Of a stretch of 64,000 nt of DNA, positions 1 through 11,929 are shown one piece after another. The notes beneath the pieces were generated by a model, which did no database searches, was not told where the DNA came from, and worked only from the letters and a program-made list of their open reading frames with translations. Position numbers and translations under genes: made by a program. Origin of the DNA: Azolla caroliniana (taxonomy: Eukaryota; Plantae; Polypodiophyta). The stretch's first letter is position 1; every line of letters begins with the position of its first letter. The DNA lies in the NCBI GenBank assembly GCA_043228905.1, contig JBHGNT010000009.1:18414001-18478000 (forward strand). The letters are read 5' to 3'.

Positions 1-66
1 ACGAATGCGCATTATGACTCCGTGAATGATTCTCGGTCGTCGTGCACTAGGGTCACGATTCTAAAC

Positions 67-139
67 CGACCCTACTAGGGGTCGAACCTAGAATCTTTGG
101 TTTCGAAGACCAACGCCTTATCCATTAGGCCATAGGATC
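67..139 (-). tRNA. trnR-UCG: tRNA-Arg(UCG), unit 1
   Basis: Reverse complement GATCCTA TG GCCT AATGGATA AGGC G TTGGT CT TCG AA ACCAA AGATT CTAGG TTCGACC CCTAG TAGGGTC G: full cloverleaf, A and B boxes, no intron, no encoded CCA. Confidence 0.95.
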
Positions 140-915
140 TTCGACCTTTCATCGAAAAGCGAAGGGAATGAAGATCTCACATGTGAACGGATAGGACCTC
201 TTATTTCTCGTCATATTTCTTGATCGTCGTATTTTTCGTAGGATCTCTTGTCTCTTACCTTACCATTATATTACTCGCCACATTACGGAGATGAGCTTAA
301 ATGGGTTTATCGGATAAAGGTATGCGGTGTGACGTATGCAATCCATAGAAAAGCATTCATGACCGTACAAATGACCTTCGAGAAGAGTTTTCGTCTCGAA
401 CTGCCAATCTCTGATGCGCAACGTTACCGTTCTCGTCTCATGATACCAACCGCTAGATTCTTCCACTCGTACGTAAACTTGCATTGTTGAATCTCGAATA
501 CGCTACCTTCTATTAATTCTACCCTAACCAAATGAAGAGTATCGCGCATGCGACGTCTTAGTGGCGGCCTTCGTGTAGGTTGTTTCTAAATCTTAAACGA
601 CGTCATCCTTGTGGACGACTACATTCAAATGCACACCATACAACAACTAGGCGTCATCACATTCTCGCGTCTACTCGCTTGTATTCAAACTAGGAGCACG
701 GCGAGCCTAAGCAAGAAAGGCATTGTTCATATGTTCCCTCGAGCGAGTGCGCATTAAAAATATGTGAACGGCATCGTCGTGATCGATGATTACGTTCAAA
801 TGAGCGACTTTTATCCCTTCCCCAATCCACGCATGTATTGATTGCGCAACGTTACCGAGCACTCTCGTTGTCATCGTCGTATTCCGATTCTCGAGAAGCG
901 GAACCTAATCCTAGT

Positions 916-988
916 CGATCCTACTAGGGATCGAACCTAGAATCTCTGGTTTCGTAGACCAGCGCCTTATCCATTGGGCCATAGGATC
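916..988 (-). tRNA. trnR-ACG: tRNA-Arg(ACG), unit 1
   Basis: Reverse complement GATCCTA TG GCCC AATGGATA AGGC G CTGGT CT ACG AA ACCAG AGATT CTAGG TTCGATC CCTAG TAGGATC G: full cloverleaf, resembles plant cytosolic tRNA-Arg(ACG). Confidence 0.96.
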
Positions 989-1245
989 TTCGGTTTTCCG
1001 TTGGTAATTGTAGTCCCATTGAGGATCGCGATTGACGTGCGGCACACTTTTGACGAGGAATTTGTGCCGGATAAACCATTCCATTTCTTTTACCTGTTAA
1101 ACATCATCATCCTCGTAAATGAATGCAACCATTAAGCCAAAACAGTGGATACAAAGATCACATTTTCTGGACGGTTGAGACGAATGCGCATTATGACTCC
1201 GTGAATGATTCTCGGTCGTCGTGCACTAGGGTCACGATTCTAAAC

Positions 1246-1318
1246 CGACCCTACTAGGGGTCGAACCTAGAATCTTTGGTTTCGAAGACCAACGCCTTAT
1301 CCATTAGGCCATAGGATC
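1246..1318 (-). tRNA. trnR-UCG: tRNA-Arg(UCG), unit 2
   Basis: Same sequence as 67-139. Confidence 0.95.
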
Positions 1319-2094
1319 TTCGACCTTTCATCGAAAAGCGAAGGGAATGAAGATCTCACATGTGAACGGATAGGACCTCTTATTTCTCGTCATATTTCTT
1401 GATCGTCGTATTTTTCGTAGGATCTCTTGTCTCTTACCTTACCATTATATTACTCGCCACATTACGGAGATGAGCTTAAATGGGTTTATCGGATAAAGGT
1501 ATGCGGTGTGACGTATGCAATCCATAGAAAAGCATTCATGACCGTACAAATGACCTTCGAGAAGAGTTTTCGTCTCGAACTGCCAATCTCTGATGCGCAA
1601 CGTTACCGTTCTCGTCTCATGATACCAACCGCTAGATTCTTCCACTCGTACGTAAACTTGCATTGTTGAATCTCGAATACGCTACCTTCTATTAATTCTA
1701 CCCTAACCAAATGAAGAGTATCGCGCATGCGACGTCTTAGTGGCGGCCTTCGTGTAGGTTGTTTCTAAATCTTAAACGACGTCATCCTTGTGGACGACTA
1801 CATTCAAATGCACACCATACAACAACTAGGCGTCATCACATTCTCGCGTCTACTCGCTTGTATTCAAACTAGGAGCACGGCGAGCCTAAGCAAGAAAGGC
1901 ATTGTTCATATGTTCCCTCGAGCGAGTGCGCATTAAAAATATGTGAACGGCATCGTCGTGATCGATGATTACGTTCAAATGAGCGACTTTTATCCCTTCC
2001 CCAATCCACGCATGTATTGATTGCGCAACGTTACCGAGCACTCTCGTTGTCATCGTCGTATTCCGATTCTCGAGAAGCGGAACCTAATCCTAGT

Positions 2095-2167
2095 CGATCC
2101 TACTAGGGATCGAACCTAGAATCTCTGGTTTCGTAGACCAGCGCCTTATCCATTGGGCCATAGGATC
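2095..2167 (-). tRNA. trnR-ACG: tRNA-Arg(ACG), unit 2
   Basis: Same sequence as 916-988. Confidence 0.95.
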
Positions 2168-2424
2168 TTCGGTTTTCCGTTGGTAATTGTAGTCCCATTG
2201 AGGATCGCGATTGACGTGCGGCACACTTTTGACGAGGAATTTGTGCCGGATAAACCATTCCATTTCTTTTACCTGTTAAACATCATCATCCTCGTAAATG
2301 AATGCAACCATTAAGCCAAAACAGTGGATACAAAGATCACATTTTCTGGACGGTTGAGACGAATGCGCATTATGACTCCGTGAATGATTCTCGGTCGTCG
2401 TGCACTAGGGTCACGATTCTAAAC

Positions 2425-2497
2425 CGACCCTACTAGGGGTCGAACCTAGAATCTTTGGTTTCGAAGACCAACGCCTTATCCATTAGGCCATAGGATC
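2425..2497 (-). tRNA. trnR-UCG: tRNA-Arg(UCG), unit 3
   Basis: Same sequence as 67-139. Confidence 0.95.
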
Positions 2498-3273
2498 TTC
2501 GACCTTTCATCGAAAAGCGAAGGGAATGAAGATCTCACATGTGAACGGATAGGACCTCTTATTTCTCGTCATATTTCTTGATCGTCGTATTTTTCGTAGG
2601 ATCTCTTGTCTCTTACCTTACCATTATATTACTCGCCACATTACGGAGATGAGCTTAAATGGGTTTATCGGATAAAGGTATGCGGTGTGACGTATGCAAT
2701 CCATAGAAAAGCATTCATGACCGTACAAATGACCTTCGAGAAGAGTTTTCGTCTCGAACTGCCAATCTCTGATGCGCAACGTTACCGTTCTCGTCTCATG
2801 ATACCAACCGCTAGATTCTTCCACTCGTACGTAAACTTGCATTGTTGAATCTCGAATACGCTACCTTCTATTAATTCTACCCTAACCAAATGAAGAGTAT
2901 CGCGCATGCGACGTCTTAGTGGCGGCCTTCGTGTAGGTTGTTTCTAAATCTTAAACGACGTCATCCTTGTGGACGACTACATTCAAATGCACACCATACA
3001 ACAACTAGGCGTCATCACATTCTCGCGTCTACTCGCTTGTATTCAAACTAGGAGCACGGCGAGCCTAAGCAAGAAAGGCATTGTTCATATGTTCCCTCGA
3101 GCGAGTGCGCATTAAAAATATGTGAACGGCATCGTCGTGATCGATGATTACGTTCAAATGAGCGACTTTTATCCCTTCCCCAATCCACGCATGTATTGAT
3201 TGCGCAACGTTACCGAGCACTCTCGTTGTCATCGTCGTATTCCGATTCTCGAGAAGCGGAACCTAATCCTAAT

Positions 3274-3346
3274 CGATCCTACTAGGGATCGAACCTAGAA
3301 TCTCTGGTTTCGTAGACCAGCGCCTTATCCATTGGGCCATAGGATC
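3274..3346 (-). tRNA. trnR-ACG: tRNA-Arg(ACG), unit 3
   Basis: Same sequence as 916-988. Confidence 0.95.
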
Positions 3347-3603
3347 TTCGGTTTTCCGTTGGTAATTGTAGTCCCATTGAGGATCGCGATTGACGTGCGG
3401 CACACTTTTGACGAGGAATTTGTGCCGGATAAACCATTCCATTTCTTTTACCTGTTAAACATCATCATCCTCGTAAATGAATGCAACCATTAAGCCAAAA
3501 CAGTGGATACAAAGATCACATTTTCTGGACGGTTGAGACGAATGCGCATTATGACTCCGTGAATGATTCTCGGTCGTCGTGCACTAGGGTCACGATTCTA
3601 AAC

Positions 3604-3676
3604 CGACCCTACTAGGGGTCGAACCTAGAATCTTTGGTTTCGAAGACCAACGCCTTATCCATTAGGCCATAGGATC
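3604..3676 (-). tRNA. trnR-UCG: tRNA-Arg(UCG), unit 4
   Basis: Same sequence as 67-139. Confidence 0.95.
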
Positions 3677-4452
3677 TTCGACCTTTCATCGAAAAGCGAA
3701 GGGAATGAAGATCTCACATGTGAACGGATAGGACCTCTTATTTCTCGTCATATTTCTTGATCGTCGTATTTTTCGTAGGATCTCTTGTCTCTTACCTTAC
3801 CATTATATTACTCGCCACATTACGGAGATGAGCTTAAATGGGTTTATCGGATAAAGGTATGCGGTGTGACGTATGCAATCCATAGAAAAGCATTCATGAC
3901 CGTACAAATGACCTTCGAGAAGAGTTTTCGTCTCGAACTGCCAATCTCTGATGCGCAACGTTACCGTTCTCGTCTCATGATACCAACCGCTAGATTCTTC
4001 CACTCGTACGTAAACTTGCATTGTTGAATCTCGAATACGCTACCTTCTATTAATTCTACCCTAACCAAATGAAGAGTATCGCGCATGCGACGTCTTAGTG
4101 GCGGCCTTCGTGTAGGTTGTTTCTAAATCTTAAACGACGTCATCCTTGTGGACGACTACATTCAAATGCACACCATACAACAACTAGGCGTCATCACATT
4201 CTCGCGTCTACTCGCTTGTATTCAAACTAGGAGCACGGCGAGCCTAAGCAAGAAAGGCATTGTTCATATGTTCCCTCGAGCGAGTGCGCATTAAAAATAT
4301 GTGAACGGCATCGTCGTGATCGATGATTACGTTCAAATGAGCGACTTTTATCCCTTCCCCAATCCACGCATGTATTGATTGCGCAACGTTACCGAGCACT
4401 CTCGTTGTCATCGTCGTATTCCGATTCTCGAGAAGCGGAACCTAATCCTAAT

Positions 4453-4525
4453 CGATCCTACTAGGGATCGAACCTAGAATCTCTGGTTTCGTAGACCAGC
4501 GCCTTATCCATTGGGCCATAGGATC
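4453..4525 (-). tRNA. trnR-ACG: tRNA-Arg(ACG), unit 4
   Basis: Same sequence as 916-988. Confidence 0.95.
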
Positions 4526-4782
4526 TTCGGTTTTCCGTTGGTAATTGTAGTCCCATTGAGGATCGCGATTGACGTGCGGCACACTTTTGACGAGGAATTT
4601 GTGCCGGATAAACCATTCCATTTCTTTTACCTGTTAAACATCATCATCCTCGTAAATGAATGCAACCATTAAGCCAAAACAGTGGATACAAAGATCACAT
4701 TTTCTGGACGGTTGAGACGAATGCGCATTATGACTCCGTGAATGATTCTCGGTCGTCGTGCACTAGGGTCACGATTCTAAAC

Positions 4783-4855
4783 CGACCCTACTAGGGGTCG
4801 AACCTAGAATCTTTGGTTTCGAAGACCAACGCCTTATCCATTAGGCCATAGGATC
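4783..4855 (-). tRNA. trnR-UCG: tRNA-Arg(UCG), unit 5
   Basis: Same sequence as 67-139. Confidence 0.95.
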
Positions 4856-5631
4856 TTCGACCTTTCATCGAAAAGCGAAGGGAATGAAGATCTCACATGT
4901 GAACGGATAGGACCTCTTATTTCTCGTCATATTTCTTGATCGTCGTATTTTTCGTAGGATCTCTTGTCTCTTACCTTACCATTATATTACTCGCCACATT
5001 ACGGAGATGAGCTTAAATGGGTTTATCGGATAAAGGTATGCGGTGTGACGTATGCAATCCATAGAAAAGCATTCATGACCGTACAAATGACCTTCGAGAA
5101 GAGTTTTCGTCTCGAACTGCCAATCTCTGATGCGCAACGTTACCGTTCTCGTCTCATGATACCAACCGCTAGATTCTTCCACTCGTACGTAAACTTGCAT
5201 TGTTGAATCTCGAATACGCTACCTTCTATTAATTCTACCCTAACCAAATGAAGAGTATCGCGCATGCGACGTCTTAGTGGCGGCCTTCGTGTAGGTTGTT
5301 TCTAAATCTTAAACGACGTCATCCTTGTGGACGACTACATTCAAATGCACACCATACAACAACTAGGCGTCATCACATTCTCGCGTCTACTCGCTTGTAT
5401 TCAAACTAGGAGCACGGCGAGCCTAAGCAAGAAAGGCATTGTTCATATGTTCCCTCGAGCGAGTGCGCATTAAAAATATGTGAACGGCATCGTCGTGATC
5501 GATGATTACGTTCAAATGAGCGACTTTTATCCCTTCCCCAATCCACGCATGTATTGATTGCGCAACGTTACCGAGCACTCTCGTTGTCATCGTCGTATTC
5601 CGATTCTCGAGAAGCGGAACCTAATCCTAAT

Positions 5632-5704
5632 CGATCCTACTAGGGATCGAACCTAGAATCTCTGGTTTCGTAGACCAGCGCCTTATCCATTGGGCCATAG
5701 GATC
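5632..5704 (-). tRNA. trnR-ACG: tRNA-Arg(ACG), unit 5
   Basis: Same sequence as 916-988. Confidence 0.95.
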
Positions 5705-5961
5705 TTCGGTTTTCCGTTGGTAATTGTAGTCCCATTGAGGATCGCGATTGACGTGCGGCACACTTTTGACGAGGAATTTGTGCCGGATAAACCATTCCAT
5801 TTCTTTTACCTGTTAAACATCATCATCCTCGTAAATGAATGCAACCATTAAGCCAAAACAGTGGATACAAAGATCACATTTTCTGGACGGTTGAGACGAA
5901 TGCGCATTATGACTCCGTGAATGATTCTCGGTCGTCGTGCACTAGGGTCACGATTCTAAAC

Positions 5962-6034
5962 CGACCCTACTAGGGGTCGAACCTAGAATCTTTGGTTTCG
6001 AAGACCAACGCCTTATCCATTAGGCCATAGGATC
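5962..6034 (-). tRNA. trnR-UCG: tRNA-Arg(UCG), unit 6
   Basis: Same sequence as 67-139. Confidence 0.95.
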
Positions 6035-6810
6035 TTCGACCTTTCATCGAAAAGCGAAGGGAATGAAGATCTCACATGTGAACGGATAGGACCTCTTATT
6101 TCTCGTCATATTTCTTGATCGTCGTATTTTTCGTAGGATCTCTTGTCTCTTACCTTACCATTATATTACTCGCCACATTACGGAGATGAGCTTAAATGGG
6201 TTTATCGGATAAAGGTATGCGGTGTGACGTATGCAATCCATAGAAAAGCATTCATGACCGTACAAATGACCTTCGAGAAGAGTTTTCGTCTCGAACTGCC
6301 AATCTCTGATGCGCAACGTTACCGTTCTCGTCTCATGATACCAACCGCTAGATTCTTCCACTCGTACGTAAACTTGCATTGTTGAATCTCGAATACGCTA
6401 CCTTCTATTAATTCTACCCTAACCAAATGAAGAGTATCGCGCATGCGACGTCTTAGTGGCGGCCTTCGTGTAGGTTGTTTCTAAATCTTAAACGACGTCA
6501 TCCTTGTGGACGACTACATTCAAATGCACACCATACAACAACTAGGCGTCATCACATTCTCGCGTCTACTCGCTTGTATTCAAACTAGGAGCACGGCGAG
6601 CCTAAGCAAGAAAGGCATTGTTCATATGTTCCCTCGAGCGAGTGCGCATTAAAAATATGTGAACGGCATCGTCGTGATCGATGATTACGTTCAAATGAGC
6701 GACTTTTATCCCTTCCCCAATCCACGCATGTATTGATTGCGCAACGTTACCGAGCACTCTCGTTGTCATCGTCGTATTCCGATTCTCGAGAAGCGGAACC
6801 TAATCCTAAT

Positions 6811-6883
6811 CGATCCTACTAGGGATCGAACCTAGAATCTCTGGTTTCGTAGACCAGCGCCTTATCCATTGGGCCATAGGATC
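6811..6883 (-). tRNA. trnR-ACG: tRNA-Arg(ACG), unit 6
   Basis: Same sequence as 916-988. Confidence 0.95.
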
Positions 6884-7140
6884 TTCGGTTTTCCGTTGGT
6901 AATTGTAGTCCCATTGAGGATCGCGATTGACGTGCGGCACACTTTTGACGAGGAATTTGTGCCGGATAAACCATTCCATTTCTTTTACCTGTTAAACATC
7001 ATCATCCTCGTAAATGAATGCAACCATTAAGCCAAAACAGTGGATACAAAGATCACATTTTCTGGACGGTTGAGACGAATGCGCATTATGACTCCGTGAA
7101 TGATTCTCGGTCGTCGTGCACTAGGGTCACGATTCTAAAC

Positions 7141-7213
7141 CGACCCTACTAGGGGTCGAACCTAGAATCTTTGGTTTCGAAGACCAACGCCTTATCCATT
7201 AGGCCATAGGATC
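7141..7213 (-). tRNA. trnR-UCG: tRNA-Arg(UCG), unit 7
   Basis: Same sequence as 67-139. Confidence 0.95.
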
Positions 7214-7989
7214 TTCGACCTTTCATCGAAAAGCGAAGGGAATGAAGATCTCACATGTGAACGGATAGGACCTCTTATTTCTCGTCATATTTCTTGATCG
7301 TCGTATTTTTCGTAGGATCTCTTGTCTCTTACCTTACCATTATATTACTCGCCACATTACGGAGATGAGCTTAAATGGGTTTATCGGATAAAGGTATGCG
7401 GTGTGACGTATGCAATCCATAGAAAAGCATTCATGACCGTACAAATGACCTTCGAGAAGAGTTTTCGTCTCGAACTGCCAATCTCTGATGCGCAACGTTA
7501 CCGTTCTCGTCTCATGATACCAACCGCTAGATTCTTCCACTCGTACGTAAACTTGCATTGTTGAATCTCGAATACGCTACCTTCTATTAATTCTACCCTA
7601 ACCAAATGAAGAGTATCGCGCATGCGACGTCTTAGTGGCGGCCTTCGTGTAGGTTGTTTCTAAATCTTAAACGACGTCATCCTTGTGGACGACTACATTC
7701 AAATGCACACCATACAACAACTAGGCGTCATCACATTCTCGCGTCTACTCGCTTGTATTCAAACTAGGAGCACGGCGAGCCTAAGCAAGAAAGGCATTGT
7801 TCATATGTTCCCTCGAGCGAGTGCGCATTAAAAATATGTGAACGGCATCGTCGTGATCGATGATTACGTTCAAATGAGCGACTTTTATCCCTTCCCCAAT
7901 CCACGCATGTATTGATTGCGCAACGTTACCGAGCACTCTCGTTGTCATCGTCGTATTCCGATTCTCGAGAAGCGGAACCTAATCCTAAT

Positions 7990-8062
7990 CGATCCTACTA
8001 GGGATCGAACCTAGAATCTCTGGTTTCGTAGACCAGCGCCTTATCCATTGGGCCATAGGATC
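7990..8062 (-). tRNA. trnR-ACG: tRNA-Arg(ACG), unit 7
   Basis: Same sequence as 916-988. Confidence 0.95.
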
Positions 8063-8319
8063 TTCGGTTTTCCGTTGGTAATTGTAGTCCCATTGAGGAT
8101 CGCGATTGACGTGCGGCACACTTTTGACGAGGAATTTGTGCCGGATAAACCATTCCATTTCTTTTACCTGTTAAACATCATCATCCTCGTAAATGAATGC
8201 AACCATTAAGCCAAAACAGTGGATACAAAGATCACATTTTCTGGACGGTTGAGACGAATGCGCATTATGACTCCGTGAATGATTCTCGGTCGTCGTGCAC
8301 TAGGGTCACGATTCTAAAC

Positions 8320-8392
8320 CGACCCTACTAGGGGTCGAACCTAGAATCTTTGGTTTCGAAGACCAACGCCTTATCCATTAGGCCATAGGATC
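8320..8392 (-). tRNA. trnR-UCG: tRNA-Arg(UCG), unit 8
   Basis: Same sequence as 67-139. Confidence 0.95.
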
Positions 8393-9168
8393 TTCGACCT
8401 TTCATCGAAAAGCGAAGGGAATGAAGATCTCACATGTGAACGGATAGGACCTCTTATTTCTCGTCATATTTCTTGATCGTCGTATTTTTCGTAGGATCTC
8501 TTGTCTCTTACCTTACCATTATATTACTCGCCACATTACGGAGATGAGCTTAAATGGGTTTATCGGATAAAGGTATGCGGTGTGACGTATGCAATCCATA
8601 GAAAAGCATTCATGACCGTACAAATGACCTTCGAGAAGAGTTTTCGTCTCGAACTGCCAATCTCTGATGCGCAACGTTACCGTTCTCGTCTCATGATACC
8701 AACCGCTAGATTCTTCCACTCGTACGTAAACTTGCATTGTTGAATCTCGAATACGCTACCTTCTATTAATTCTACCCTAACCAAATGAAGAGTATCGCGC
8801 ATGCGACGTCTTAGTGGCGGCCTTCGTGTAGGTTGTTTCTAAATCTTAAACGACGTCATCCTTGTGGACGACTACATTCAAATGCACACCATACAACAAC
8901 TAGGCGTCATCACATTCTCGCGTCTACTCGCTTGTATTCAAACTAGGAGCACGGCGAGCCTAAGCAAGAAAGGCATTGTTCATATGTTCCCTCGAGCGAG
9001 TGCGCATTAAAAATATGTGAACGGCATCGTCGTGATCGATGATTACGTTCAAATGAGCGACTTTTATCCCTTCCCCAATCCACGCATGTATTGATTGCGC
9101 AACGTTACCGAGCACTCTCGTTGTCATCGTCGTATTCCGATTCTCGAGAAGCGGAACCTAATCCTAAT

Positions 9169-9241
9169 CGATCCTACTAGGGATCGAACCTAGAATCTCC
9201 GGTTTCGTAGACCAGCGCCTTATCCATTGGGCCATAGGATC
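9169..9241 (-). tRNA. trnR-ACG: tRNA-Arg(ACG), unit 8 (anticodon-stem U-G variant)
   Basis: As 916-988 except anticodon stem 3' strand ACCGG (t>c at 9200). Confidence 0.93.
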
Positions 9242-9498
9242 TTCGGTTTTCCGTTGGTAATTGTAGTCCCATTGAGGATCGCGATTGACGTGCGGCACAC
9301 TTTTGACGAGGAATTTGTGCCGGATAAACCATTCCATTTCTTTTACCTGTTAAACATCATCATCCTCGTAAATGAATGCAACCATTAAGCCAAAACAGTG
9401 GATACAAAGATCACATTTTCTGGACGGTTGAGACGAATGCGCATTATGACTCCGTGAATGATTCTCGGTCGTCGTGCACTAGGGTCACGATTCTAAAC

Positions 9499-9571
9499 CG
9501 ACCCTACTAGGGGTCGAACCTAGAATCTTTGGTTTCGAAGACCAACGCCTTATCCATTAGGCCATAGGATC
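9499..9571 (-). tRNA. trnR-UCG: tRNA-Arg(UCG), unit 9
   Basis: Same sequence as 67-139. Confidence 0.95.
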
Positions 9572-10347
9572 TTCGACCTTTCATCGAAAAGCGAAGGGAA
9601 TGAAGATCTCACATGTGAACGGATAGGACCTCTTATTTCTCGTCATATTTCTTGATCGTCGTATTTTTCGTAGGATCTCTTGTCTCTTACCTTACCATTA
9701 TATTACTCGCCACATTACGGAGATGAGCTTAAATGGGTTTATCGGATAAAGGTATGCGGTGTGACGTATGCAATCCATAGAAAAGCATTCATGACCGTAC
9801 AAATGACCTTCGAGAAGAGTTTTCGTCTCGAACTGCCAATCTCTGATGCGCAACGTTACCGTTCTCGTCTCATGATACCAACCGCTAGATTCTTCCACTC
9901 GTACGTAAACTTGCATTGTTGAATCTCGAATACGCTACCTTCTATTAATTCTACCCTAACCAAATGAAGAGTATCGCGCATGCGACGTCTTAGTGGCGGC
10001 CTTCGTGTAGGTTGTTTCTAAATCTTAAACGACGTCATCCTTGTGGACGACTACATTCAAATGCACACCATACAACAACTAGGCGTCATCACATTCTCGC
10101 GTCTACTCGCTTGTATTCAAACTAGGAGCACGGCGAGCCTAAGCAAGAAAGGCATTGTTCATATGTTCCCTCGAGCGAGTGCGCATTAAAAATATGTGAA
10201 CGGCATCGTCGTGATCGATGATTACGTTCAAATGAGCGACTTTTATCCCTTCCCCAATCCACGCATGTATTGATTGCGCAACGTTACCGAGCACTCTCGT
10301 TGTCATCGTCGTATTCCGATTCTCGAGAAGCGGAACCTAATCCTAAT

Positions 10348-10420
10348 CGATCCTACTAGGGATCGAACCTAGAATCTCCGGTTTCGTAGACCAGCGCCTT
10401 ATCCATTGGGCCATAGGATC
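10348..10420 (-). tRNA. trnR-ACG: tRNA-Arg(ACG), unit 9 (anticodon-stem U-G variant)
   Basis: Same variant as unit 8. Confidence 0.93.
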
Positions 10421-10677
10421 TTCGGTTTTCCGTTGGTAATTGTAGTCCCATTGAGGATCGCGATTGACGTGCGGCACACTTTTGACGAGGAATTTGTGCC
10501 GGATAAACCATTCCATTTCTTTTACCTGTTAAACATCATCATCCTCGTAAATGAATGCAACCATTAAGCCAAAACAGTGGATACAAAGATCACATTTTCT
10601 GGACGGTTGAGACGAATGCGCATTATGACTCCGTGAATGATTCTCGGTCGTCGTGCACTAGGGTCACGATTCTAAAC

Positions 10678-10750
10678 CGACCCTACTAGGGGTCGAACCT
10701 AGAATCTTTGGTTTCGAAGACCAACGCCTTATCCATTAGGCCATAGGATC
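10678..10750 (-). tRNA. trnR-UCG: tRNA-Arg(UCG), unit 10
   Basis: Same sequence as 67-139. Confidence 0.95.
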
Positions 10751-11526
10751 TTCGACCTTTCATCGAAAAGCGAAGGGAATGAAGATCTCACATGTGAACG
10801 GATAGGACCTCTTATTTCTCGTCATATTTCTTGATCGTCGTATTTTTCGTAGGATCTCTTGTCTCTTACCTTACCATTATATTACTCGCCACATTACGGA
10901 GATGAGCTTAAATGGGTTTATCGGATAAAGGTATGCGGTGTGACGTATGCAATCCATAGAAAAGCATTCATGACCGTACAAATGACCTTCGAGAAGAGTT
11001 TTCGTCTCGAACTGCCAATCTCTGATGCGCAACGTTACCGTTCTCGTCTCATGATACCAACCGCTAGATTCTTCCACTCGTACGTAAACTTGCATTGTTG
11101 AATCTCGAATACGCTACCTTCTATTAATTCTACCCTAACCAAATGAAGAGTATCGCGCATGCGACGTCTTAGTGGCGGCCTTCGTGTAGGTTGTTTCTAA
11201 ATCTTAAACGACGTCATCCTTGTGGACGACTACATTCAAATGCACACCATACAACAACTAGGCGTCATCACATTCTCGCGTCTACTCGCTTGTATTCAAA
11301 CTAGGAGCACGGCGAGCCTAAGCAAGAAAGGCATTGTTCATATGTTCCCTCGAGCGAGTGCGCATTAAAAATATGTGAACGGCATCGTCGTGATCGATGA
11401 TTACGTTCAAATGAGCGACTTTTATCCCTTCCCCAATCCACGCATGTATTGATTGCGCAACGTTACCGAGCACTCTCGTTGTCATCGTCGTATTCCGATT
11501 CTCGAGAAGCGGAACCTAATCCTAAT

Positions 11527-11599
11527 CGATCCTACTAGGGATCGAACCTAGAATCTCTGGTTTCGTAGACCAGCGCCTTATCCATTGGGCCATAGGATC
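11527..11599 (-). tRNA. trnR-ACG: tRNA-Arg(ACG), unit 10
   Basis: Same sequence as 916-988. Confidence 0.95.
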
Positions 11600-11856
11600 T
11601 TCGGTTTTCCGTTGGTAATTGTAGTCCCATTGAGGATCGCGATTGACGTGCGGCACACTTTTGACGAGGAATTTGTGCCGGATAAACCATTCCATTTCTT
11701 TTACCTGTTAAACATCATCATCCTCGTAAATGAATGCAACCATTAAGCCAAAACAGTGGATACAAAGATCACATTTTCTGGACGGTTGAGACGAATGCGC
11801 ATTATGACTCCGTGAATGATTCTCGGTCGTCGTGCACTAGGGTCACGATTCTAAAC

Positions 11857-11929
11857 CGACCCTACTAGGGGTCGAACCTAGAATCTTTGGTTTCGAAGAC
11901 CAACGCCTTATCCATTAGGCCATAGGATC
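11857..11929 (-). tRNA. trnR-UCG: tRNA-Arg(UCG), unit 11
   Basis: Same sequence as 67-139. Confidence 0.95.

Noticed and set aside
67-139. Wobble pair at 3:70 in tRNA-Arg(UCG) as an alanine identity element (mistranslation)
   Set aside because: The pair is U3:G70, the reverse of the G3:U70 determinant used by AlaRS, and the Arg determinants (D-loop A20, C35, G36) are intact.
248-490. Repeated 80-aa (+) and 72-aa (-) ORFs in every array unit
   Set aside because: They are overlapping antisense ORFs with no recognisable domain. The + ORF starts at TTG and is broken by stops in several units, and both are disrupted in relic units. Their recurrence only reflects the DNA repeat.
904-915. CCTAAT CCTAAT next to the ACG gene as telomeric repeat
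   Set aside because: Two hexamers only, and not the plant TTTAGGG motif.
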